From the NCBI GenBank assembly GCA_002269645.1, contig NIVC01003879.1, positions 1 to 64,000 of the forward strand: a stretch of 64,000 bases of DNA, given 5' to 3'. Positions 24,020 through 36,949 of the stretch are shown piece by piece. The notes under the pieces are model-generated. The model did not search any database, was not told where the DNA came from, and saw only the letters and a list, made by a program, of their open reading frames with translations. Position 1 is the first letter of the stretch; each line of letters opens with the position of its first letter. This stretch comes from Macrostomum lignano. Its lineage: Eukaryota. A program made the translations under genes and the position numbers.

Positions 24020-24660
24020 TACGCCTCTACCCACTTCTCCCAGACCCCTCTCTACCTACATGCACTTCTCTCCGAGTCAACTCCACTTTCTACCCACTTC
24101 TCTCCCAGCCTCTCCCTCTCTACCCACTTCTGTCCCAGTCAACCCCCTCTCTACCCACTTCTCTCCCAGTCAACCTCTCTCTACCCACTTCTGTCCCAGT
24201 CAACCCCCTCTCTACCCACTTCTCTCCCAGTCAACCCCTCTCTACCCACTTCTCTCCCAGTCAACCCCCTCTCTACCCACTTCTCTCCCAGTCAACCCCC
24301 TCTCTACCCACTTCTCTCCCAGTCAACCCCCTCTCTACCCACTTCTCTCCCAGTCAACCTCTCTCTACCCACTTCTGTCCCAGTCAACCCCCTCTCTACC
24401 CACTTTTCTCCCAGTCAACCTCTCTCTACCCACTTCTGTCCCAGTCAACCCCCTCTCTACCCACTTCTCTCCCAGTCAACCCTCTCTCTACCCACTTCTC
24501 TCCCAGTCAACCCTCTCTCTACCCACTTCTGTCCCAGTCAACCCCCTCTCTACCCACTTCTCTTCGAGTCAACTCCCTTTCTACCCACTTCTCTCCCAGC
24601 CTCTCCCTCTCTACCCACTTCTCTTCCACTCACTCCATATCTCTACCCACTTCTCCCCGA
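24020..24660. repeat. About 31-bp pyrimidine-rich minisatellite ending at the TIMM10B upstream acceptor
   Basis: CTACCCACTTCTCTCCCAGTCAACCCCCTCT units. Confidence 0.93.
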
Positions 24661-24718
24661 AGGCACTGCGTATTCGTCAATCCGCCAAAAATAAAAAACA
24701 ATTGATGCCAACACAAAG

Positions 24719-24991
24719 ATGGACGAAATTGAAGCGGCCCTTCAAACTGCCAGCATGCGCGAGTTTCTCACGCACTACAACCAGATGGTGCAGTCCTGCT
24801 TCAGCAGATGCGTGCACACCCTGTGGGACAGACGGCTGACTGATTCTGAGCTGAGCTGCAGCAATAATTGCATAGCAACTCTGATCGCTAGTCAGGGTCG
24901 CATCAGCCAGGCCTACCTGACAGCCAGCGGCAAAACCTTTGCTAGGCAGCCCGCTTCTGGTGCGGAGGATTCCGCTGGGACTAGTAGTTAA
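24719..24991 (+). CDS. TIMM10B: Small Tim mitochondrial intermembrane-space chaperone, Tim9/Tim10B-like
   Basis: Twin CX3C (CFSRC, CSNNC); MREFLTHYNQMVQSCFSRCV and LIASQGRISQAY match the Tim10B pattern (LRDFLxxYNxMxxxCFxRC...LIxSNxRLMxAY) better than Tim9. Confidence 0.85.
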   Translation: MDEIEAALQTASMREFLTHYNQMVQSCFSRCVHTLWDRRLTDSELSCSNNCIATLIASQGRISQAYLTASGKTFARQPASGAEDSAGTSS

Positions 24992-25416
24992 TCCCAGTGA
25001 ATTAATCGCCATATAATCCCCATCCACAATCACCTTTCAAATGTGACTATAAGCATATAATTAAACCATCAATTGATTTTTTAAGTATTGAATAATGAGA
25101 TCAAAGTTCCCTGATTTCAAATAGTATCATTTTTATGTAGTTCACGCGCATGTAACTGTGTATATATTTGTTAATCATGCTACGAGTATTCTATGCATTT
25201 TTACTAGTTAATATAGTTAATTATATAGTCATGAGGGCACAGGTTTGTTTTAATGAGTGAATGAAGAAAAAAAGTTTGGCAAGATGCAAAATCTGTCATT
25301 GATTTTTTAATTGAAAAGGCAATATTTAACTTGAAGAAAATATAGCGCTATATACATCCTGGAAGTAACAAGCCGTCTAGCTGCATCATCTCATCGCATT
25401 CATACATCTCAAATCG

Positions 25417-28400
25417 TCAATTTTTCGCCTTTCTTCTCGACGCTTTCGTCCGTTCATGTCGAATTGTCTCGGCTTCTAAAGCCGACATCTCCACTAATCG
25501 CTGTACGAACGATGCCGGGCCTCCGATGGCCGCCTCGGCGAATCGGTACCTCTCCTCTGCAGTGATAGAGACCAGTGTTTAGGCTCAAGATTTCCTAGAT
25601 ATCACAGGGTTTTTTGTGCGATTCACACCTATAGGGATCAAGATTTCCTAGATATCACAGGGTTTTTGTGCGATTCACACCTATAAGGGCCAACCTCTAA
25701 GTGTACACGCTTGACCAGTAGAAAGTCGGGGGACCGCTGTACACCCTGTGTGAGCGTGTGTATTATTGCGTGCCTGCGTACAGTATTGGCGCGCTTGTAG
25801 GTGTTCAGGTTTCGAGATGGATTTCGCCTAAGCCGTTACGCCAGGGTGCCCACAAATGCATGCACATTAATACAGTAATACATATACGTGTTAGACTGTT
25901 GAACTGACAGCAGTTTGAGCATCTCCAGGGACATGCCAATGCTTTGTCCTTTCCCCACCCCACCTTGTGACTTTCTATGGAAATCGATCATTTTGCTTCA
26001 GGGCACCAAAATGAGTGCCTGCGGGGCTAAATTGAGTGTGCCTGCGGTGCTAAATTGAGTGCCTGCTGCGCTAAATTGAGTGCCTGCGGGGCTAAATTGA
26101 GTGCCTGCTGCGCTAAATTGAGTGCCTGCTGCGCTAAATTGAGTGCCTGCGAATGTACACTTGACTTTCTAATCGTCAGGCTCATAAGTGTGGCTTCGCA
26201 CTGCTGTCTGTTCACGCAGGGAGCCACAAATTCTCACCATCTGAGTTGGCCTGCTGATTCAGTCTCGAGTTTTGCCCGCCGCCAGTCTGCTGTAGCCTGG
26301 CGTAGCTTGGCCGCTGCAGAGCTCTTCTGTTGTTGCTTAACGCCTGTTTGTGCTGTTGTTGTTGTTGCTGCTGCTGCTGCTGCTGCTGGCTGGTCGGAGC
26401 GCCCATCATCTGAGAGTCACTAATTGGCGGATAGCTGGCGGTCTCTTCTGCAGTTGAAGTGTCCCCTGTTGCGCCTGTAACTGCTGCGTCGCCTGATTGG
26501 AATTTGTGGTTTTTTATTATCAGCCTGTGTTGCTTTTGCGTGCAATCTCACCTGTCAGACAAAACCAGCTGACAGAATCACACCTGTCAGACAGAACCAG
26601 CTGACAGAATCACACCTGTCAGACAAAACCAGCTGACAGAATCACACCTGTCAGACAAAACCAGCTGACAGAATCACACCTGTCAGATAGAACCAGCTGA
26701 CAGAATCACACCTGTCAGATAAAACCAGCTGACAGAATCACACCTGTCAGACAAAACCAGCTGACAGAATCACACCTGTCAGATAGAACCAGCTGACAGA
26801 ATCTCACTTGTCAGACAAAACCAGCTGACAGAATCACACTTGTCAGACAAAACCAGCTGACAGAATCTCACCTGTCAGACAGAACCAGCTGACAGAATCT
26901 CACCTGTCAGATAGAACCAGCTGACAGAATCACACCTGTCAGACAGAAACAGCTGACAGAATCACACCTGTCAGACAGAACCAGCTGACAGAATCTCACC
27001 TGTCAGACAGAACCAGCTGACAGCATCACATCTGTCAGACAGAACTAGCTGACAGAATCACACCTGTCAATGGAACAACACCCGTGATGAGGAAATGCTT
27101 TACAACTCACCAAACACGCTGGAGTCCCGAAGCCCCATTGCTCGTTGCGAGCTCGACTGCTTTGGATTTTTCCCCTTATTCCACAGCCTCCACTGCTCGG
27201 GGGTGCCGCTAGTCGCCATCGCGGATCCATTTGCCAGTCCGAAGCCGATTCCAGCGAGGTCCAGGGTTCGATTGCTGCCCCTGAGCAGCACTCGGGAGTG
27301 AGTGGGCGGCGGCGGAGGGCGCTGAAGAGTCGCCTGCTGTTGCGGCGCGTTGGCCATCCTGTGAGACGATTTTGCGCCATCGCCTTTGATCAGTGCTCCC
27401 GAGCTTGAAAAATAATTAGGATTTGAATAGATTATAGTTGGATTGCGAAATTCGTGTTTTCATCGAAAATCTACTTGATTATAGAAACTTTGGGTTAGTG
27501 GTAGCTTAGTTGATATTAGCGTGTACTTTTAATGGCTTCTTGATTTCTGAAATTACTTGTTTTTTTATCGTACTTATCCCAAACTACATGTATACTGTCC
27601 GTCAAAAGTTCCGGAACCCTTGCTACGATGTCTTCTAGCGGACATAATTTCAGTCCGTTTCAATTGTAACTTGATTCAAATGAAAGCTGCGGAGCGGATC
27701 TCAGCTCCATGATGTGGTCAAGAAAAAGTTTATTCGAAGGAGCGCGTGTGAACAGGCCAGTGTTATGTACATAAAGGTTAGAGAAAAAAGTGAGGAAAAG
27801 ACAAACAAGCAATTGACTCTCCCATGAAAGCTGACTGCACAAGAATCCATTAGAGCCTGTTGATTTCAACACAAGTTTTGGCCATAGACTAATGTTAGCC
27901 AGGCTGAACACTGCGCGCAAACCGATTCCTTCCCATGTGTGTTTGCTCCATAGACTCAGCAACCATAGACAATTGCTTGTTTGCCTTTTCCTCACTTTTT
28001 TTCTCTAACCTTTATGTGCATAGCACTGGCCTGTTCACACGCGCTCCTTCGAATAAACTTTTTCTTGGCCACATCATGGAGCTGAGATCCGCAGCTTTCA
28101 TTTAAATCAAGTTACAATTGAAACGGACTGAAATTATGTCCGCTAGAAGACATCGTAGCAAGGGTTCCGGAACTTTTGACGGACAGTATAATTGGCGATA
28201 ACAATAACTTGATCTATTATTATATAGTAACAGGAATTGTTTGTTGAATTAGATAGCAATAATGCGATCGGTGGCGGCAAAATGGGATTGGTGGCGGCAA
28301 AATGGTATCGGTGGCGATAAAATGGGATCTATGGTGCCAAAATGGGATCTATGGTGCCAAAATGGGATCTATGGCGCCAAAATGGGATCTATGGCGCCAA

Positions 28401-31400
28401 AATGGGATCTATGACGCCAGAATGAGATCCTGCGCCAAAATGGGATAGTGGCGCTTAAATGGGATCTATGGCGCCAAACTGAGATCGGTGGCGCCAAAAA
28501 AATGGGATCTATGGTGCTAAAATGGGACTGGGGGCGCCAACATGGAAACTATAGCTCCAAAAATGGGATCGCTATACGACGCCACAAAAAAGGATGCTTT
28601 GCAGGGGGGGGGTCCGTGCTCACAGCGCCGTTAAACTGTCTGCATCAGCTGGTTCACCAGCAGCGGTGGCAACTTTCTGGCCAAACAGTCGAGTCACCAG
28701 CAAGCTGCCCACCAGCAGCCGGCAGTTGCACTCGATTGTAGCCTCCTGCACTGTCAACTCAGACTGGCAGCACAGTCTGTGGTTCTTCTCTCGAATTTCA
28801 GGCAACCAGCCACTAGCAGCTGATAACTGCTTCTGCTCAATTGCACTTGTCGAGCTCATCATCATCTCCAGATGATGCTGATAGCCAATTAGCTGAAATC
28901 GTCGACCTTTTGACGAAGCCATTCTTTTGCTTGTGCTGAGTCCGTTAAGTATGGGATTGGCACATTTCTTATATATTCCACATCTATCAGAGACAATATT
29001 CCGCATTAATATTAACCAAAGAGTCACATCTCATGAACTATTCATACTGTACATATACGGATTGCTCAGGACTTGCATACGGCAGTTAGGAGCTTAAAGT
29101 TTCTGGTAAGAATAACTGACTATATAGCTTGCACTTTTAGGTAGCCACTAGCAACAGTGATAACGGCGGCTTCGGGACACGAGATTAAGTCTGTGGTAAA
29201 ACTCCCGTTTGATCCAGGGGTGGTAGATACGATCTTTCGTTTGAGGAGCGCCATTACATTCGAGGGGGGCGCCATTTCTTTCGAGGGGGGTGCCATTTCG
29301 ATCATTTGAGACGGGCGCCATTTCACTTGATAATGGCGCCATTTCTTTTGAGAGGGGCGCCATTTCTTTTGAGGGAGCGCCATTTCATTTGAGAGGGGCG
29401 CCATTTCTTTTGAGGGAGCGCCATTTCATTTGAGACGGGCGCCATTTCACTTTAGAGGGCGCCATTTCTTTTGTGGGAGCGCCATTTCTTTTGAGGGAGC
29501 GCCATTTCTTTTGAGAGGGGCGCCATTTCATTTGATAATGGCACCATTTCTTTTGAGAGGGGCGCCATTTCTTAGGAAGCGCCAATTCTTTTGAGGTAGC
29601 GCGATTTATTTTGAGAGGGGCGCCATTTCTTTTGAGAGGGGCGCCATTTCTTTTGAGGGAGCGCCATTTCATTTGAGAGGGGCGCCATTTCTTTTGAGGG
29701 AGCGCCATTTCATTTGAGACGGGCGCCATTTCACTTTAGAGGGCGCCATTTCTTTTGTGGGAGCGCCATTTCTTTTGAGGGAGCGCCATTTCTTTTGAGA
29801 GGGGCGCCATTTCATTTGATAATGGCACCATTTCTTTTGAGAGGGGCGCCATTTCTTAGGAAGCGCCAATTCTTTTGAGGTAGCGCTATTTATTTTGAGA
29901 GGGGCGCCATTTCTTTTGAGAGGGGCGCCATTTCTTTTGAGGGAGCGCCATTTCATTTGAGAGGGGCGCCATTTCTTTTGAGAGGGGCGCCATTTCTTTT
30001 GAGGGAGCGCCATTTCATTTGAGAGGGGCGCCATTTCTTTTGAGGGAGCGCCATTTCATTTGAGACGGGCGCCATTTCACTTTAGAGGGCGCCATTTCTT
30101 TTGTGGGAGCGCCATTTCTTTTGAGGGAGCGCCATTTCTTTTGAGAGGGGCGCCATTTCATTTGATAATGGCACCATTTCTTTTGAGAGGGGCGCCATTT
30201 CTTAGGAAGCGCCAATTCTTTTGAGGTAGCGCGATTTATTTTGAGAGGGGCGCCATTTCTTTTGAGAGGGGCGCCATTTCTTTTGAGGGAGCGCCATTTC
30301 ATTTGAGAGAGGCGCCATTTCTTTTGAGGGAGCGCCATTTCATTTGAGACGGGCGCCATTTCATTTGAGAGGGCGCCATTTCTTTTGAGAGGGGCGCCAT
30401 TTCATTTTAATGGGCGCCATTTTTAATATGAGGGAGCACCATTTTTGAGGGGGCGCCATTTCATTCCAAGGGGCGCCATTCCGTCTATTGGTTAGCTTAG
30501 TTATCAATGCTACGCTCTCCCAAACAATACAGCCAGGTGTACTGAGGAAAAAAAGCTACGGAGCTACGACACTGCTTCCTCTGAAAAGCCATCAAATTTT
30601 TTACGCTTTTGCTACAATGTGCCGTCAGGTAAAATGAAATGACGTTTCATGCAAAAGAAAGTTTGCATACATAAATATTGAGAGCCAAGATTCTTGAGTG
30701 CACCGGTTGTATGCGATATTGCGTGAAGTCAAAGCACGGTTGACAGTGATTGATGAAGGACGGAGGAACAAGCATATTGTGTCAGTAGGGACTGCAACCT
30801 CTTTGAGCTCTCTACAAGTCTAGCATGCATATCCAGCTGGTCATAGCGATTTGTAAAGCTAATGTGGGTTAATTGCAGATTGAAAATTTGAATTAGGGGA
30901 GGGAGAGACTTGATTGGTTGATAGAGAGATCGACAGATTGATTGTGAGACTAATGGATTGGTGGATTCATTGATAGATTGGTAGATTGATAGATATATTG
31001 ATTGATTGATTGATTGACTGATTAATGGAAAGATTGATAAATTAATGTAGATTGATAGATCATTTCATTGACTGATAGCATGGATAGATTGATTGATTGA
31101 TTGATAGATGAGAGATTGATTTATTGATGGAGATTAATGGTTTAGTAGTAAAAATAATGAAATAATATATAGATTGTCATTGACTCATACAGACATTGAT
31201 AGATTGATAAAGAGATCAAGAGTTTGATAGAGATTGACGAATTGATAGATTTATACAGAGATTATTTGATTAATTGATTGATATTAATATATTGAAAGAT
31301 TGATTGACCCAGATTGCAGGCTGTTGCAGAAAAAAGGGCTAGTTATGCCTTTTACAGATTTCCCTCACCATAATTTTCCTTTGTTAGCAAGGCTCAAAGA

Positions 31401-34400
31401 GGCCACACTGCTGCCTTCATCTAGATCAATCATCTCCGAGAGGTTAGCGTCATCTTCGTCCGGCTGTCTGTGGGATGTGACATCTTCGCCGACCTCAGCT
31501 GTCGCAGCCGCCGCAGCCAGAGTGGCCAACCGCCTACGAAAGTCAGCCAGCAGCCTTCGATATCCGCGCGACTCTCCATCATCCGCTTGATGGTCGGCCT
31601 CGTCTTCTTCGACTGTTGGAGAAGGATCGACATGAAGTCTCCGGGATCTGCGCAACTGCACCGACTGGACAATTAATGCCGAATTGCGGTCGCAGGTTCG
31701 ACTCGTGCAAGCGGTCTGACTGCTTCCCGTAGACATTAATTAGCACCTCCGGGATGGCTCAATATATGGCTGTTTTTCCAATTCCCAAGTCGGAAGAGCG
31801 GAACTGCCTTTTCTGCCTCCGGTGCTTCTCTCCAACCTTTTCCCATTGCTTTTATTTCCATCTGTTCCTCTCTCTTACCCCCCCCCCTTTTCTTTTGTTT
31901 TTGCAGCCTGCCCTCATTGGAGCAGCAAAATGCATGCGAGAAGGGGTGTAGAATAATACAGAATTGTATCCAAGGAAATCGTAGACCAGAATTGGGAGTT
32001 GCATTTCTATTTTTAAATCACCATTTTCAGGCGCTAAAGTCTCAACTGCGGCGCCAAATTTCTGGCGCTAAATTAGCGCTAAAATATGATAGCTGGGGGG
32101 GGGGGTTGGCTCACGAGACAGCCCTGCAGAAGAACACAGCAGAATCTCGTCTATCTGTTGACGGTAAACTCCAGATCCTGGTTCCCAGTCTCTTTGGCTG
32201 CTACACGTAAAGAGCTTTTAATTGCCTATGCGGCCTTCCGACTACAATGGGCTGCTTAGGTAAGTACGCGCTTAGATTGGTTAATGGTTTCCTTCATGCA
32301 GTGTTTTGCTCCATCCTAAAATCGTCATGCCGTTTGAAACAATTTCTATGGGAGTTTAAAAAGAACACTATTCACATAGTAATTATAGGACTTCTCTCGA
32401 TTGAGCCTATTGCTGATTTTTCTGTCCATCCGAAATGTGTACTTTTACGCAATTGAAAGTACAAATATGGACAACTGCAAGAGCAGGACTGTAAAACACA
32501 TTAAGCGAGATAACGAAGCTTTTTTTCTCAGCTAGCTGTTCCTAATCTAAAGTAGTCAAAAAAAGACTAATTAATTAGAGTTTGTTTGGGCAAGGGCCCA
32601 AAATGAGTAATATTTATAAGGCATATTGAGATTTAATTAGAGGGGGGTTCAGTGTAGATAAGACAAAGAGGGGTGGAGTGGGCGACGAAAAAAGAGGCGA
32701 GATCGAAGAGCCAATCAGAAGGCAGCGAGGGAGAGAGAGAATATTACAAGACTGAGCTAGACAGAGCGGGACAGAAATCAGAGTAAACAGAGACAAGTGC
32801 AGATGAACTAAGAAATGAATAATTGTAGAGTCGCGGTCGCAGATTTTTCTTGGGTGAATTCGTCTATGGCTAAACCCCATTCATCGTTAAGCCAGAAAGC
32901 TAATTTTCTCAGAACCCGCTTAGAAAACGCAACTTTTGATACTTTTTCAAGTATTCTTCTTGATTAGGTAATCCGGTAAAACAAATCTGATGAAAACTTC
33001 TATATCTTGCCAATGCATTTTTGTGTAGCTTTATATCGTGAGGTAGAAACTTCAGAAAATTAGGTTAGTAGCTATGATTTCTAGACACTTATTATAAGAT
33101 ACAAAACTTCAGATGACGGTTGGTTAATATAGTTATTAGTATTCTTAAATAAATTGTGTAGTAAAAGTTATTAATTAGTTATTTCATCTCAACCTGCTAA
33201 TACTGTCAATTTATTTTACCTGGACAGTAGCAACGAATCGCAACGCTTTTTAAGCTCTTCAATTTCTGTTTCCAATAGAGGATCGCTTCCATCAGTTGTG
33301 AGAAGCGATCTGAAATCTGTACAAAAAATAAATAACTACTTTAAATTGCATCTGAATGAAATCGTCTCGCGTGCAGCTTTTAAATTAAAATTTAGTCAGT
33401 ATATAGCAGTGCTGATTGGTGATCAAATGAATTTGTGCTTTTTGAGGATAAATAACGATAAAAAATGTGCTTTAGCTGTAAACATTTACACCGTGACATG
33501 CATGCAGGTATAGATAATAAAAGCATTAAAAATACACTTTCTTCATTATAAATCGCTTCCTCCCATTATTCTCTGATGCCTTGAGGACCACCCTCTCCTA
33601 GTTATTTTAGACAGCCACCCCTCCTCCCCAGTTATTTTTGACAGCCACCCCTCCTCCCCAGTTATTTTAGACAGCCACCCCTCCTCCCCAGTTATTTTTG
33701 ACAGCCACCCCTCCTCCCCAGTTATTTTTGACAGCCACCCCTCCTCCCCAGTTATTTTTGACAGCCATCCCTCCTCCCCAGTTATTTTAGACAGCCGCCC
33801 CTCCTCTCCAGTTATTTTAGACAGCCATCCCTCCTCCCCAGTTATTTTAGACAGCCACCCCTCCTCCCCAGTTATTTTAGACAGCCACCCCTCCTCCCCA
33901 GTTATTTTTGACAGCCACCCCTCCTCCCCAGTTATTTTTGACAGCCATCCCTCCTCTCCAGTTATTTTAGACAGCCGTCCCTCCTCCCCAGTTATTATAG
34001 ACAGCCACCCCTCCTCCCCAGTTATTAAAGACAGCCACCCCTCCTCCCCAGTTATTAAAGACAGCCACCCCTCCTCCCCAGTTATTTTTGACAGCCATCC
34101 CTCCTCCCCAGTTATTTTAGACAGCCATCCCTCCTCTCCAGTTATTTTAGACAGCCATCCCTCCTCCCCAGTTATTATAGGCAGCCGGCCCTCCTCCCCA
34201 GTTATATTATACGGCAGCCGCCCCTCCTCCCCAGTTATTTTAGACAGCCACCCCTCCTCCCCAATAATTTTAGGCAGGTGACCCTCCACTGCCATTTATT
34301 TTAGAAAGCTACCCCTCCTTGCTTTTATATTATAACCAATTTTAACGACCATTCTCTTAAGGAGTGAGTTTTCTGGAGCAAAGTAAAATAAAAATAAAAA

Positions 34401-34964
34401 GATGTGCTTGCAATACATACAAAAATGAAGTCTTATTTTTAAGAGCAATGCGCTATTCAAGACTTCGTGCGTTTAATTTTTTTCTAGGAAGCAGAAAGCG
34501 TAGTTTCTGACCAGCATACTTACATGTACCATTAGTTATCTGGTCAGATTGAAAGTACATATAGAACTGTAGATTTTCGCTGCAAATTATTATTGTGTAT
34601 AAACTTCTCAATCGCTGATAATAAAAGCGTATCAACTACTTTGCTGTTTATTGACCAAGAAAATCAAACTGCATATTGTTAACTCACTTCTATCTGGCAC
34701 AGGCGGCGGCAGCAAGCGAGGTCTTGTTCGATTTGTTGCCATACTCGACGCAGCTACCTGCTGAGATCCGTAGTCGTTTAGTAGTAGAAGCCGATGAGGA
34801 TGAAGCTTGCTTGATGCAGAATCCTTAACTGAGAATGGGTCGTTTGAGTCGTTCAAGCAATCGTTCTTGCCAGCTCTCTGCTGCTCCATGCGGACAGTGA
34901 CTAAAGTTGCTCGCAGCTGCGCTCTCATTGGTTGCTGCTGCTGCGATTCTGCCTTCTGATCAGT
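25417..34964 (-). CDS. Uncharacterised multi-exon protein; exons 34964-34688, 33316-33220, 32200-32115, 31612-31369, (uncertain 30858-~30735, ~29233-29135, ~28890)-28624, 27403-27111, 26492-26238, 25556-25417
   Basis: Chains of phase-compatible GT-AG junctions; low-complexity polyQ/acidic sequence; ends FVQRLVEMSALEAETIRHERTKASRRKAKN*. The 30860-28890 part is not firmly resolved. Confidence 0.65.
25588..25686. repeat. Tandem duplication of a ~50-bp unit
   Basis: TCAAGATTTCCTAGATATCACAGGGTTTTTGTGCGATTCACACCTATA x2. Confidence 0.85.
25687..25855 (+). mobile_element. Diverged copy of the region 3' of the Crypton-type recombinase (8481-8684, minus strand)
   Basis: Shared blocks in the same order: GCCAACC, AAGTGTACAYGC, CCGCTGTACAC..CTGTGTGAG, GCCTGCGTAC, CGCGCTTGT, CGCCAGGGTGCMCACAA. 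Confidence 0.65.
25925..26150 (+). mobile_element. Truncated copy of the minisatellite-bearing MITE at 37805-38707
   Basis: GGGACATGCCAATGCTTTGTCC...ATGGAAATC...CAGGGC shared with 37838-37912, then 21-bp AAATTGAGTGCCTGC.GCGCT units. Confidence 0.75.
26545..27070. repeat. 32-bp intronic minisatellite with an internal hairpin
   Basis: CACCTGTCAGACAAAACCAGCTGACAGAATCA; CTGTCAG and CTGACAG are inverted. Confidence 0.95.
27593..28188. mobile_element. Tc1/mariner-type foldback MITE, about 220-bp TIRs, TA target duplication
   Basis: TA|TACTGTCCGTCAAAAGTTCCGGAAC ... GTTCCGGAACTTTTGACGGACAGTA|TA; the arms are near-identical inverted copies. Confidence 0.92.
28275..28570. repeat. 20-bp minisatellite GGCGCCAAAATGGGATCTAT
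   Basis: Direct reading. Confidence 0.88.
29240..30480. repeat. 20-21-bp minisatellite GGCGCCATTTCTTTTGAGAG(G) with higher-order blocks
   Basis: Variant marker CTTAGGAAGCGCCAATT recurs at 29571, 29855 and 30201. Confidence 0.95.
30900..31310. repeat. Degenerate ATTGATAG/(ATTG)n simple repeat
   Basis: Direct reading. Confidence 0.8.
33600..34280. repeat. 30-bp intronic minisatellite
   Basis: GTTATTTTAGACAGCCACCCCTCCTCCCCA units. Confidence 0.95.
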
Positions 34965-35129
34965 CTGCAATTTGCCGAAATATACGCTTGAAAATATCCC
35001 TTTTTACTACTAAACCGAAGCCAATAGCCCAGTAGTACTATTAAAAGGAAATTGAAGGGACATACGAGCGTAAGTCTAAATTTCTCGTGAAGTCAATAGT
35101 GTGCGCGAAAACAGCATGATGTTGGGGCA

Positions 35130-36120
35130 GGGAGAAAGGTGGTAACATGGGGTGTTGGGCAGGGGGAGAGGAGGGTGCATGGGGTGTTGGGGCAGGAGGT
35201 GAGGAGGCAAGGGGTGTGAGGTGTTGGGGCAGGGGTGAGGAGGAACGGGGTGTTGGGGCAGGAGGTGAGGAGGCAAGGGGTGTGGGGTGTTGGGGCAGGT
35301 GAGGAGGAACGGGGTGTGGGGTGTTGGTGCAGGGGGTGAGGAAGAACGGGGTGTGGGGTGTTGGGGCAGGAGGTGAGGAGGCAAGGGGTGTGAGGTGTTG
35401 GGGCAGGGGTGAGGAGGAACGGGGTGTTGGGGCAGGAGGTGAGGAGGCAAGGGGTGTGGGGTGTTGGGGCAGGTGAGGAGGAACGGGGTGTGGGGTGTTG
35501 GTGCAGGGGGTGAGGAAGAACGGGGTGTGGGGTGTTGGGGCAGGAGGTGAGGAGGCAAGGGGTGTGAGGTGTTGGGGCAGGGTGAGGAGGAACGGGGTGT
35601 TGGGGCAGGAGGTGAGGAGGCAAGGGGTGTGGGGTGTTGGGGCAGGAGGTGAGGAGGAACGGAGTGTGGGTGTTGGTGCAGGGGGTGAGGAAGAACGGGG
35701 TGTGGGGTGTTGGGGCAGGAGGTGAGGAGGCAAGGGGTGTGAGGTGTTGGGGCAGGAGGTGAGGAGGCAAGGGGTGTGAGGTGTTGGGGCAGGAGGTGAG
35801 GAGGCAAGGGGTGTGAGGTGTTGGGGCAGGGGGTGAGGAGGAACGGGGTGTGGGGTGTTGGGGCAGGGGGTGAGGAGGAACGGGGTGTGGGGTGTTGGGG
35901 CAGGGGGTGAGGAGGAACGGGGTGTGGGGTGTTGGGGCAGGGGGTGAGGAGGAACGGGGTGTGGGGTGTTGGAGCAGGAGGTGAGGAGGCAAGGGGTGTG
36001 AGGTATTAGGGCATGGGGTGAGGAGGAACGGGGTGTGAGGTGTTGGGTGTGAGGTGAGGAGGCAAGGGGTGCGGGGTGTTGAGGCAGGAGGTGAGGAGGT
36101 ATGAAGGGGTGGGGTGTTGG
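35130..36120. repeat. G-rich composite minisatellite
   Basis: GGGGTGTTGGGGCAGGAGGTGAGGAGG units. Confidence 0.93.
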
Positions 36121-36949
36121 TGCATAGCTGCATGTGGTTTTTCTAGATCTACAAGTTTTTAGTGAATTTACCAGTAAAATTTGTACTGCTCCATGACTCG
36201 GAAAAAGAAAAAACAGAACTGAAATTCTAGGAATTGAAAAAGCTACTGATATGTTCAATACGAGCGTGATGTGTGGATATTTATGTATTACAAATTAATA
36301 GCCATTGACTACATTAAGTCAGTGCATGTGAAAAATACATTTTCAGAGTTTAATATCAGCAAGAGAATAGTGAAATGATTGTTACAGAGGACTAAGTAGA
36401 AAATAAAAAAAGTAATGGTACGCGCTCGTATTGGGCAGCATTGGCAGCAGAGAAAGTCAAACTGTTTTTGATCAAAAGAGGCAAAATTCAAACCACACGC
36501 AGCTATACGACCTAGTTGCGTTTCAGAAAGGTAGCTTAGAATTTCACATCCTTTGAAAAATGCTCATGATGTAAATTCATCTAACCCGGTTTTCTATTCA
36601 AATTGACATCTCATTCAGCATTTTAGCAGATAAGAAAAATCTATAAGAGCGCAATAAAGGCGCAAAAAATCTTTAAAGTCCATTTTAAGCTTTGTTATAA
36701 AAATGTCTTTCGCAAAATAGAGAAAATAATACCAAGAAGAGGACAGCAGATGATACAAAAGAAGATTCTAATACCGCATCAATAAATTGTCATTTCCATT
36801 ATACTGGTAAATTTGTAATCTAGAGCAGAAAATTGAATAATTCGTACAACCATACAGCTACTATAGATAAACATCCTAAAGGTCCACAACAAATCGCGAT
36901 GATAAATTAACCTTTGAAAAATCAAAACTCAAATGAACCTGCCCTTTGT

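Noticed and set aside
30690-30735. In-frame TGA read-through or selenocysteine in a candidate exon
   Set aside because: A donor upstream of the TGA explains it more simply, no SECIS was identified, and the exon itself is uncertain
35041-36258. Pro/His-rich ORFs in all three minus frames
   Set aside because: C-rich strand of a minisatellite
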